Positions 56,741 to 64,000 of a stretch of 64,000 bases of DNA are shown here, one piece after another (positions within the stretch are counted from its first letter, which is position 1; every line of letters starts with the position of its first letter). The DNA comes from a virus: the IMG/VR virus record IMGVR_UViG_3300035698_018106, positions 166,717-230,716 of that record; one strand, written 5' to 3'. The position numbers and the translations under genes were made by a program. The notes beneath the pieces were generated by a model. The model saw only the letters and a program-made list of their open reading frames with translations, was not told the DNA's origin and ran no database searches.

Positions 56741-57008
56741 CTTAAAAATTAATATCGATACCCAGAGTTCTGTCGTGCATATACATTTATCTAAGCCACT
56801 AACCTTGCTATCATAGAATTGCTCACCTTCTAAGCTTTTTTGTGTTGCACCCTCGGCAGTACAAATGATTTATTAGATCTCCTTCCTTAAGCAATGGTGC
56901 CCTGAGGTTCCTCAGACAAAAACTAGTTTTGCCCGCGTATATGTAATATTAATTTTTATTATATACTCTTTTGCTCTTAAAGAGCGATAAGTCCTCTGTT
57001 CATTACAA

Positions 57009-57194
57009 TTATTCAAATTTTATTTTATCTAATAATTCATTAGCGTAGTTTTCAGCATCTTTCATTTGTTTTTTACTGTAACCCCATCTAGGTAACCACA
57101 TCCAATGTATATTATCAATCTTTGTATACTTATACATTATATGATAAGAGATGTTTTTAATCATCCAATTATATAGATTATCATTAATCTTCAT
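57009..57194 (-). CDS. hypothetical Trp-rich protein
   Basis: ORF only. Confidence 0.3.
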   Translation of the reverse strand: MKINDNLYNWMIKNISYHIMYKYTKIDNIHWMWLPRWGYSKKQMKDAENYANELLDKIKFE

Positions 57195-57196
57195 TT

Positions 57197-57475
57197 TTAA
57201 AGTATTTCAACCGCATCCCATATTATATGCCACGGGCCCCAATAATTCATATAATTCCAACCATCATCAAATTTAGAATATCTTATAAATTGTAATTGAT
57301 ATTTTACTTTAATTTTTTTAAACCATCTGAATTTATTACCAATCCACCATGGTCTAAAAGCAAAAATATCTTTAATCTTAAATTGATCAGATATTTTTAA
57401 TTCCCAATCATTTTCAATTTCACATTTTTCTTCAAGAATATTATACTCTTTATTTTCAAATTTAAATTTTTTCAT
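57197..57475 (-). CDS. hypothetical Trp-rich protein
   Basis: ORF only. Confidence 0.3.
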   Translation of the reverse strand: MKKFKFENKEYNILEEKCEIENDWELKISDQFKIKDIFAFRPWWIGNKFRWFKKIKVKYQLQFIRYSKFDDGWNYMNYWGPWHIIWDAVEIL

Positions 57476-57554
57476 CCTTTTAAATTATATTACTAAGGTA
57501 ACAATAAGTTTTGGGATAAAAAAGTTTTTTCAATTTATTTTAAAATTTTAATAT

Positions 57555-57584
57555 AAAAAAGGGAGCCTATAGGCTCCCTTTTTT
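57555..57584. terminator. bidirectional rho-independent terminator (A6-gggagcc-tata-ggctccc-T6)
   Basis: 7-bp GC-rich perfect stem flanked by A and T runs. Confidence 0.65.
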
Positions 57585-57715
57585 ATATTTTATATTTTAT
57601 AAAAGAGCATATCATTGTCAGCCTGTACTTATTGTACTGGTACGTATCGACGTTAATATGAAAATAAATCTCTTCATTATATTTTTAAATTATATACTTT
57701 ATATATCACAACTAA

Positions 57716-58045
57716 TTAAAAGTTTTCTAACTGTTGTTGCAATGATTTAATTTGTTGATAAATTTTTACAATTTTATGTTGATTTTTTATTGCTTTATCT
57801 GTAGAACCTGGTAAATCATCAAAATATTCAACAACTTTCCTTTCATCACAATCCCATATATAAGCTTTGATAATCCCATAACATTTTACAGTAGGTGCTT
57901 CACAAAACTTATGAAGCATCGTATTAGGAGATATTATCTCTGTAATATTACCTTTGATATCTTTAACATCTATTCTTCCATCTTCTCTTAAATCCCAAGA
58001 ATCAGATGTATATGCACTTACTGCTATAAATTTTCTTTTTGCCAT
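57716..58045 (-). CDS. hypothetical protein
   Basis: ORF only. Confidence 0.3.
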   Translation of the reverse strand: MAKRKFIAVSAYTSDSWDLREDGRIDVKDIKGNITEIISPNTMLHKFCEAPTVKCYGIIKAYIWDCDERKVVEYFDDLPGSTDKAIKNQHKIVKIYQQIKSLQQQLENF

Positions 58046-58281
58046 TACTCTGTCTTAGCTTCAATTCGTTCTCCTACCTGAGGTTCTTTAGCAATAAAAG
58101 TATTTTTTGTTGCTAACCATGCTTGTTCAGGGGTCACCTCAGTGTTACTCAGGCATAATTCATATAAAGGCCAATAGATATATCTAACATCATGTTTCTC
58201 TTCATCTGTTAGTGGTAACTGGTCAAACAGTTCACAAAAATGATCAATATTTAAACTTTTTGTTGGGTCAATATGTTCCAT
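58045..58281 (-). CDS. hypothetical protein
   Basis: ORF only. Confidence 0.3.
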   Translation of the reverse strand: MEHIDPTKSLNIDHFCELFDQLPLTDEEKHDVRYIYWPLYELCLSNTEVTPEQAWLATKNTFIAKEPQVGERIEAKTE

Positions 58282-58282
58282 A

Positions 58283-58582
58283 TTATTTTATGTTTATTTT
58301 TATATACATAGCACCTTTAGAAAAAGTGACCCAACCTTTGATAATTAAAAAATCAATACCAAACATATATTGAGCACAAAGATTATCTTTCCATTTTTTA
58401 GGTGTAATAAAATTCTTCTTTCCAACTAATTTAAAAATTTTAAAGAAAAATCCAATCTTCCAATCTTTCCAATCTAAATATTTATCAAGCTCCTTATTTT
58501 CTGGAGTTTTACCATATCGATACTTCCCAACAAATGTTAGTGTATAGTCTTTTATATTAATTCTTTTTATTTTGGTAATCAT
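58283..58582 (-). CDS. hypothetical protein
   Basis: ORF only. Confidence 0.3.
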   Translation of the reverse strand: MITKIKRINIKDYTLTFVGKYRYGKTPENKELDKYLDWKDWKIGFFFKIFKLVGKKNFITPKKWKDNLCAQYMFGIDFLIIKGWVTFSKGAMYIKINIK

Positions 58583-58788
58583 TTACTAAATTTTTCAATA
58601 TGGTCGATATGACCCATATGCCATGTATTACAATTTTTACATTTATATGGAATTTGATCATCATCAATTACTTCAAGACGAATAAGTGTATCAATTCGTT
58701 CTTGACAAAACTCATCAGTTTTAAACTTTGTTTTGTTTATCATTTCACCATCATCAAAAAATAAACATATTCCAATATCGCCTTTCAT
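58579..58788 (-). CDS. small zinc-finger protein
   Basis: Start moved to the internal ATG (MKGDIG...) to avoid overlap with the upstream gene; CKNCNTWHMGH. Confidence 0.3.
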   Translation of the reverse strand: MKGDIGICLFFDDGEMINKTKFKTDEFCQERIDTLIRLEVIDDDQIPYKCKNCNTWHMGHIDHIEKFSK

Positions 58789-58798
58789 AATTATATTT

Positions 58799-59080
58799 TT
58801 AAAAATTAAAATATTTTTCTGGATTATCAAAAATAACATCAATAGGTGCCCATCCTTCAACAATAAATTCTCCACCTTTTATTCTTGGATCATCAAATAA
58901 TCGTCTAAATGAATATTTAGAACCAGGAGAATTTCTATTAATAAATGAATATGATTTAAAATCGTCATTTAATACTAAAATAGCTTTGTCACTAGTTCTT
59001 ATAATAGTATATGGTATGTGTCCTGTTTCTGCATATAATTTATGATAAAAAGCTCTTAATTCTTCTTTTGTTTTAGACAT
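58799..59080 (-). CDS. hypothetical protein
   Basis: ORF only. Confidence 0.3.
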   Translation of the reverse strand: MSKTKEELRAFYHKLYAETGHIPYTIIRTSDKAILVLNDDFKSYSFINRNSPGSKYSFRRLFDDPRIKGGEFIVEGWAPIDVIFDNPEKYFNF

Positions 59081-59095
59081 AATTATAAAGTTTAG

Positions 59096-59169
59096 GGTCT
59101 ATGATAGGAATCGAACCTATGTTCTCCACGGGATGGGCGCTTTATTACCAATATTAAGCTACTAAAAAC
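59096..59169 (-). tRNA. tRNA-like element (T-arm atagg-ttcgatt-cctat; no clean anticodon arm) - possible pseudo-tRNA
   Basis: Canonical T-arm only; the acceptor pairing is imperfect. Confidence 0.25.
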
Positions 59170-59175
59170 ATTTGG

Positions 59176-59251
59176 GGTGAAACGGGGGATTCGAACCCCT
59201 CACTACATGTTTCACAGACATGTGTGCTAACCGTTAAACACTAGAATCACC
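59176..59251 (-). tRNA. tRNA-His (anticodon GTG) with G-1; degenerate acceptor stem
   Basis: Anticodon arm acatgt-ctGTGaa-acatgt, D-arm gtgt/gcac, T-loop ttcgaat, 5' extra G opposite discriminator C; 2 U-U mismatches in the acceptor stem. Confidence 0.45.
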
Positions 59252-59254
59252 ATA

Positions 59255-59626
59255 TTAATAAAAATCTTCAAATATAGGACCTTCTATCATATATCCAGAT
59301 TTCATTTTAAAATTTTTATAATTAGAATCATTATTTTTACTTGTTTCAAAATAATGATCTCCTAAATTACTCCACCAATCATATGATTCCATAGATGCAA
59401 AAGATACTTCCATACCTTCTGCTACAGTATCACATACAAAATCATATATTGCATCTCTTATTCCATAAACAATTTGATCACTTCTACCCAGACCTTTATT
59501 TTGTACAATAAAACCATAAATGCCAGGAATTGTGTTACATCCTAATAATCTTAAATTTTTAGGATTATTATCAAGTTGTTCAATAGCAATCTTATAAGCT
59601 TTATTATGCAAGAATAAATTTTCCAT
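59255..59626 (-). CDS. hypothetical protein
   Basis: ORF only. Confidence 0.3.
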   Translation of the reverse strand: MENLFLHNKAYKIAIEQLDNNPKNLRLLGCNTIPGIYGFIVQNKGLGRSDQIVYGIRDAIYDFVCDTVAEGMEVSFASMESYDWWSNLGDHYFETSKNNDSNYKNFKMKSGYMIEGPIFEDFY

Positions 59627-59649
59627 AAAGTAAATATAACCAAATTATT

Positions 59650-59925
59650 TCAATTAAAAAAGTTTATTTTATCTAAAATTCTTCCTTTGTTATCCATAAC
59701 ATATCGTTCTGTATCAGTTGTCACAATAACAAATCCGTTATATTTATATTGATAACCACCATCTATATCAATTCCTGTTATTCCATCAAAACTCAATAAA
59801 TCTACTCTAGGTACATCTGTTGGTGGAATAACATAATAACATTTTTGACCTTTGATATTTACAATTACTAAAGTTTGTTTTTTATCAAAGTAAACTTCTT
59901 GGAAATCATCTGATACATCACCCAT
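59650..59925 (-). CDS. hypothetical protein
   Basis: ORF only. Confidence 0.3.
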   Translation of the reverse strand: MGDVSDDFQEVYFDKKQTLVIVNIKGQKCYYVIPPTDVPRVDLLSFDGITGIDIDGGYQYKYNGFVIVTTDTERYVMDNKGRILDKINFFN

Positions 59926-60659
59926 TACATTGCTTTTTTATGTACTAAATGTCTTTCCTTAATTAAATCTGGATGGATTGCGCCATCACTTCTAAAAGAA
60001 GTTAAATAATCAAAACCTTTCCGTTCAATTTTATCCTTATCTAATATCTTTTCTTTTAATATTTCTATATCTTCTTTAGAAATAAAAGAATAAGCCTTTT
60101 CTGTTAATTCTTTTTCTTTTTTTCTATTTAATGATTTAATTCTTTTTTGTTGGTCTGCACATAATCTCTTATATTCGGGATCATTTTTAGATGAAAATTT
60201 TAATTCATATCCAGAAATAATTACATATCCATAATCTTCCTTATTATATCTTTTATCCATCCAAGGCCATTCACTTTCTTTAACACCAGTTTTCTTATGA
60301 CGTTTTTCAGTTTTAAAGTCATCAGAATAAAAATAAACAGTTTTAGAAGGGTTTTCTCTAAAAGTCTTTTGGATATTACCATTATCATCCAATACGTAAT
60401 CAGGAAAATAGTTAATATCAAATTCATCAAGAAAAAACTTTTGCTGATAATCAGGAACTTCTTTACAAAATTTTGAAAATGCATCATCAAAAGATTTACC
60501 AATAAATGCATCACATATACGTCTTATACGTTTATGAGGCCAAATTTTATCTATTGGATGATAATCAGATCCGGAGATACACTCCCATCTATCTCCATTA
60601 AATATATGGCCTTTTTTAGGTAAAAGATCTAAATTAGTTTCATTGATTAAATTTTTCAT
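59925..60659 (-). CDS. hypothetical Lys/Glu-rich protein (start trimmed to the internal ATG)
   Basis: The six-frame ORF runs to 60803 but its first 48 codons are read through the tRNA-His gene; the likely start is MKNLINE at 60659. Confidence 0.35.
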   Translation of the reverse strand: MKNLINETNLDLLPKKGHIFNGDRWECISGSDYHPIDKIWPHKRIRRICDAFIGKSFDDAFSKFCKEVPDYQQKFFLDEFDINYFPDYVLDDNGNIQKTFRENPSKTVYFYSDDFKTEKRHKKTGVKESEWPWMDKRYNKEDYGYVIISGYELKFSSKNDPEYKRLCADQQKRIKSLNRKKEKELTEKAYSFISKEDIEILKEKILDKDKIERKGFDYLTSFRSDGAIHPDLIKERHLVHKKAM

Positions 60660-60723
60660 AATGCTAATATAATAATTATCTGTGATAGTAAAAAATATAT
60701 TGTGAATTATTTTAATAATAAAG

Positions 60724-60797
60724 GGTGTCAAATGGGATTTGAACCCACACCTTCCAAGTTCACAGCCTGGAGCTCTACCAATTAAGCTATTGACACC
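60724..60797 (-). tRNA. tRNA-His (anticodon GTG) with G-1:C73
   Basis: G-1 + gtgtcaa/ttgacac + C, D-arm gctt/gagc, anticodon arm ccagg-ctGTGaa-cttgg, T-arm gtggg-ttcaaat-cccat. Confidence 0.65.
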
Positions 60798-60957
60798 ATA
60801 CAAAAAAGGGAAACCTTTCAGCTTCCCTTTTCAATAATTTAATTTTTTAGATTAATGAACATGAATACTGAACAATATATGTAAGTATATTCTTAAATAA
60901 TGGATAAAATGATTCATTTTTTTCATAATTAATATTTATTTAATTTATATATTAAGG

Positions 60958-61323
60958 TTAATAATATAGATTTATTAGGTCTATGTATTCTTTTTTAGAT
61001 ATCTTTAAGTGTTTCCTTATTTTTCGTAATCTATTATTATTCATAATAGAAGCCAATAAAACAAATAAAACCATTATTAATAATGATAAACCATATACTA
61101 TAGTAAATTGTTTACCTATTTCTTCTAATTCAAATATAGTAGCTCCAAAGCCACCAACAAATAAAGCAAGAAGAATACCAAATATAATACCTGATGGCTT
61201 CATATCTTCTTGTGTTGTAGAAGCTGAAAAATATTTATAAGCTTTACGTATTAATAGATTAGGTTTATATTTAATGAAAGCTTTATCTACATCTACTTCC
61301 GACGGACTTTTTTTAATTGCCAT
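60958..61323 (-). CDS. small membrane protein
   Basis: Two TM segments. Confidence 0.35.
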   Translation of the reverse strand: MAIKKSPSEVDVDKAFIKYKPNLLIRKAYKYFSASTTQEDMKPSGIIFGILLALFVGGFGATIFELEEIGKQFTIVYGLSLLIMVLFVLLASIMNNNRLRKIRKHLKISKKEYIDLINLYY

Positions 61324-61487
61324 TGATTTTTAATTTTATTATTATGTTTCCAAGATGTAGGATAGTCTTTGTTTCTGTTACATCCCTTATTAGGTTGACA
61401 ATAAGAACATCTGCATACTGGAATAATAGTTGAGAGTCTATAAACTCTACTACAATTAGTTAAACGTTTTTGGTTAAAATTTCTCAT
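61293..61487 (-). CDS. small basic Cys/Trp protein (paralog of 61547..61810)
   Basis: Shared C-terminal WKHN.K..W motif. Confidence 0.3.
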   Translation of the reverse strand: MRNFNQKRLTNCSRVYRLSTIIPVCRCSYCQPNKGCNRNKDYPTSWKHNNKIKNQWQLKKVRRK

Positions 61488-61546
61488 ATTTATTGTTATT
61501 TTGGTTTATTACTGAAACCAAAATACAATACTAAATTTTTTATTTT

Positions 61547-61810
61547 TTATTTCCATTGTGTTTTTCTATTATGTTTCCAAGTTTTATACATTCTAACTTG
61601 ATAAGATAAAATTTGTTTATTAGAAGGCTTTGCCCACCTGTTATTTAATTTAGAATAAAATCTCATACATTCATCCCAATAAGGAGGATATGACATTCTA
61701 AGTTGTTGATTATTATACTCTTTTTTAGAACTACATTTTTTAGTTTTTGCTTTATTGTAATTGATACTCATATTAATGATTTTAGGTTTATTAAACATAA
61801 AAATCATCAA
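61547..61810 (-). CDS. small basic Cys/Trp protein
   Basis: ORF only. Confidence 0.3.
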   Translation of the reverse strand: MMIFMFNKPKIINMSINYNKAKTKKCSSKKEYNNQQLRMSYPPYWDECMRFYSKLNNRWAKPSNKQILSYQVRMYKTWKHNRKTQWK

Positions 61811-61875
61811 GAGTTATAATTATATAAATTAATTTCATCCCTTTAATTAGTTATATGATAAATTAATAATAAGTT

Positions 61876-62439
61876 TTAATTATATACGAACCATGAAGGA
61901 GTCTCAAAAACTTTAAATGAATATCCCGGAGATGCCTGCCAATTAACACCGGCTGAACATGTGGATTCTACAAAATCTCCATAAATACTTTGCCTAGATC
62001 TAATTCTAATAACAGTATAATATTCTAATGCTGAAGTATATGATGTTTTAATGGATGATGTTGATCCCCCGCCATCAATCAATGTCCATGAAGATGTACT
62101 ATCCAAACTATAGTACCAATACCATTCTGAATCACCATCTATTGCCGAGCAATCTGTAAATAACTGTATTTTTGGATATTGATTAAAACTATGTCCGGAT
62201 TTTAATAATGTTCTATAAGCATCAAAATTATTAGGGGTTGCTGAAGTATATGTTATACTACCAAATGATTGGGTTATACTAGAAAATCCTCTAAATTCGC
62301 TCATACTTACATTAGTTCCAGATAAATCCGGAGTTACTATGCCTCCTAAAGTATTAAGTGATGGAGGAGATAGTAATTCTTCTCTAGCTTCTTGAGAAAT
62401 ATCTTCTATACTAAAAGCTCCTGTGAGTGGTATAGCCAT
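61876..62439 (-). CDS. hypothetical Ser/Thr-rich protein
   Basis: ORF only. Confidence 0.35.
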   Translation of the reverse strand: MAIPLTGAFSIEDISQEAREELLSPPSLNTLGGIVTPDLSGTNVSMSEFRGFSSITQSFGSITYTSATPNNFDAYRTLLKSGHSFNQYPKIQLFTDCSAIDGDSEWYWYYSLDSTSSWTLIDGGGSTSSIKTSYTSALEYYTVIRIRSRQSIYGDFVESTCSAGVNWQASPGYSFKVFETPSWFVYN

Positions 62440-62472
62440 AATTATATCTTTATTTTATATATTCTCTAAAAC

Positions 62473-63414
62473 TTAATCATATGATTTTGTTATAGAATTA
62501 GAAAGTTGTATGATATCATGATATTCTTCTGCTGTAAGACTATTAAATAAATAATGTATAGGATTTACTTTTTTATTATTAAGTCTTACCTCATAATGTA
62601 AATGTGGGCCAGTTGATAAACCAGTAGAACCAACATATCCTATAGTTTCTCCTCTTTTAACTTTTTGATTTTTTTTAACAATAAACTTTTTCATATGACC
62701 ATATAATGTCTTATATCCATATCCATGATTAATTATAATTAAATTTCCATATCCTTTAGATGATTTACTTTTCTCTGATATAGCATAAGAAATTATACCA
62801 TCAGCTGTAGCATATATTGGAGTACCTATAGGTGCAGAAAAATCTAACCCATAATGAAATTTTTTAGTTTTATAAATTGGATGTATTCTGTATCCCCAAC
62901 CACTAGCAACTCGTTTTAAATCTTCATTATCAATAGGCTGAATAGCAGGAATATGCGATAATTTATCTTGATTAGTTATAGCTAATTTCATTATATGTTG
63001 CAATGAATAAAATTCTTTTGCTAATTCATCATTTAAACGGGATAATTTATAATTAGTTTGAGATACTAAATCATTTATACTACTATCAACATAACACACA
63101 TCTAAGTGTTTATGCTTAACATTAGGGACACCTAAAATAGATTTATATATAATACTATCATTCTCACGGATTTGATCTAGAATTAAGTCCGATTGATCAA
63201 TATGGCTATTTATGATATCATACTCTTTACTAAGATATTCTATCTTTGTTTTAAGTATTAGTTCTTTGGGGGTATTGTAATATGTAGATAGTAAGAAAAT
63301 CAACGATATAGTCAAACACATTTGTATAATAAAGAAATATATTAAATATTTCCATCTAAAGAAATTAAATTTAGTAAATGCCAGATTATTTTTTTCATAT
63401 ATATAGAATTTCAT
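62473..63414 (-). CDS. M23-family (LytM) metallopeptidase with an N-terminal membrane anchor
   Basis: HYGLDFSAPIGTPIYA (HxxxD) and GSTGLSTGPHLHYEV (HxH) motifs; N-terminal TM helix. Confidence 0.75.
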   Translation of the reverse strand: MKFYIYEKNNLAFTKFNFFRWKYLIYFFIIQMCLTISLIFLLSTYYNTPKELILKTKIEYLSKEYDIINSHIDQSDLILDQIRENDSIIYKSILGVPNVKHKHLDVCYVDSSINDLVSQTNYKLSRLNDELAKEFYSLQHIMKLAITNQDKLSHIPAIQPIDNEDLKRVASGWGYRIHPIYKTKKFHYGLDFSAPIGTPIYATADGIISYAISEKSKSSKGYGNLIIINHGYGYKTLYGHMKKFIVKKNQKVKRGETIGYVGSTGLSTGPHLHYEVRLNNKKVNPIHYLFNSLTAEEYHDIIQLSNSITKSYD

Positions 63415-63438
63415 TCATTACGTTTTCTTTATATATTT

Positions 63439-63621
63439 TTAGTTAATAATAACCTTTCTTACTGCTAATAAAGATGCTCCTTGTTTTCTTTTTTGATCTC
63501 TTATAATTCGTTCTAATTTTTTTGTATTCTCTAAATTATAAGATAATTTACCATTTGAAACTTTTCCTTCTTTTCTTAGACGTTCTATAATTTCATATAC
63601 CTTTCCTTTTAATTTTGGCAT
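63439..63621 (-). CDS. hypothetical small basic protein
   Basis: ORF only. Confidence 0.3.
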   Translation of the reverse strand: MPKLKGKVYEIIERLRKEGKVSNGKLSYNLENTKKLERIIRDQKRKQGASLLAVRKVIIN

Positions 63622-63867
63622 ATTGTGTTTAATTTTTCATAGCTCCACAATTAACACATATATAATATGTACCTGATGAAGAAGAAACTTTCTTCATTAT
63701 ATTTCCACAATTACATATTGGTGTATTATTTGTCATCTGTTTTTATATAATCACTAACGATATTTTCATATGTTGGATGTTTTCGTTTAAAATTTCTAAA
63801 ATAATCACCAGATCCTTTCATAGGTCCTACATGCATTATTAATTTTTCATTTTCATCTTTTATCATG

Positions 63868-63941
63868 TACCTTCAGAGAGACTCGAACTCTCATCCCTTT
63901 CATTCGCAATGAAAGACTTTATCCAATTAAGCTATGCAGGC
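63868..63941 (-). tRNA. tRNA, anticodon reads GCG (Arg) as folded
   Basis: T-arm gagag-ttcgagt-ctctc, anticodon arm tttca-ttGCGaa-tgaaa, acceptor gcctgca/tgaaggt (one mismatch). Confidence 0.45.
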
Positions 63942-64000
63942 ATTTGAGGTAAACAAGCGTCTTTTAAAGGTCGAACCAACTCTCGTAATAGTTCCTCCAC

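Noticed and set aside
59925-60803. Full 292-aa extent of the six-frame ORF
   Set aside because: The first 48 codons (MYGVNSLIGRAPGCELGRCGFKSHLTP...) are a translation of the tRNA-His gene; the start was trimmed to the internal ATG at 60659.
60800-60836. Possible terminator aaaaaagggaaacctttcagcttccctttt after tRNA-His
   Set aside because: The stem is only 5 bp (gggaa/ttccc) with a 10-nt loop. Too weak to call, though the A6 and T4 flanks are suggestive.
1-64000. Possibility that this is a giant eukaryotic virus (GMD, SET domain, FucT, many tRNAs)
   Set aside because: T4 hallmark proteins argue for a T4-like phage: a gp23-like capsid with a gp21-like protease directly upstream, dexA, a gp42-like hydroxymethylase and a gp53-like wedge. 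Other supporting features are rho-independent terminators, ATGA-overlapping operon structure, TATAAATA late boxes and a tRNA-His with G-1. No NCLDV double-jelly-roll capsid signature was seen.
1-64000. CRISPR arrays, rRNA genes, integrase/att sites
   Set aside because: No spaced direct repeats of CRISPR type, no rRNA-like conserved blocks and no tyrosine or serine recombinase motifs were seen. Only short in-frame tandem repeats are present.

Overview
This window is AT-rich (under roughly 30% GC by eye) and gene-dense. It reads as part of a T4-like (Straboviridae-type) myophage genome, not a cellular or NCLDV genome. Three T4 hallmark proteins support that: a gp23-like major capsid protein, a gp21-like prohead protease fused to a scaffold, and a dexA-like exonuclease. 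A gp42-like dCMP hydroxymethylase, a gp53-like baseplate wedge protein and a partial gp5-like spike N-terminus are also present. The layout is as follows. (i) Positions 1-6.7 kb on the minus strand carry baseplate and tail structural genes. (ii) Positions 6.8-23.7 kb carry small early/middle-type genes, including a putative DNA-modification cluster: a dCMP hydroxymethylase with the Asp specificity residue, the dexA-like exonuclease, GDP-mannose 4,6-dehydratase, a P-loop kinase and a C5-cytosine MTase-like protein. A SET-domain protein also lies in this stretch. (iii) Positions 25.7-40.4 kb on the plus strand form a ~15 kb sugar-metabolism and glycosyltransferase island. It holds a HAD phosphatase/kinase fusion, a cytidylyltransferase, a GT4 glycosyltransferase, two GT25 glycosyltransferases and a GT10 alpha-1,3-fucosyltransferase. 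It also holds two FkbM methyltransferases, one of them split by a frameshift in an A7 run. Truncated paralogs of the head protease and of the capsid C-terminus sit inside this island. (iv) Positions 40.8-45.0 kb carry the head genes: the capsid gene has a TATAAATA late-promoter box upstream and a strong terminator downstream. (v) Positions 45.2-47.5 kb carry a patatin phospholipase, a metallophosphoesterase and a CYTH protein. (vi) Positions 50.5-63.9 kb form a tRNA region with at least 11 tRNA or tRNA-like genes, all on the minus strand, interleaved with small ORFs. Those ORFs include an RNA 2'-phosphotransferase (Tpt1/KptA), a GatB/YqeY protein, a guanylate-kinase-like protein, an HNH endonuclease, a DUF4031-like protein and an M23 peptidase. 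GC-rich candidate structured RNAs are also present. No CRISPR array and no rRNA gene were found. All calls rest on motif recognition by eye; tRNA coordinates are accurate to within about 2 nt.
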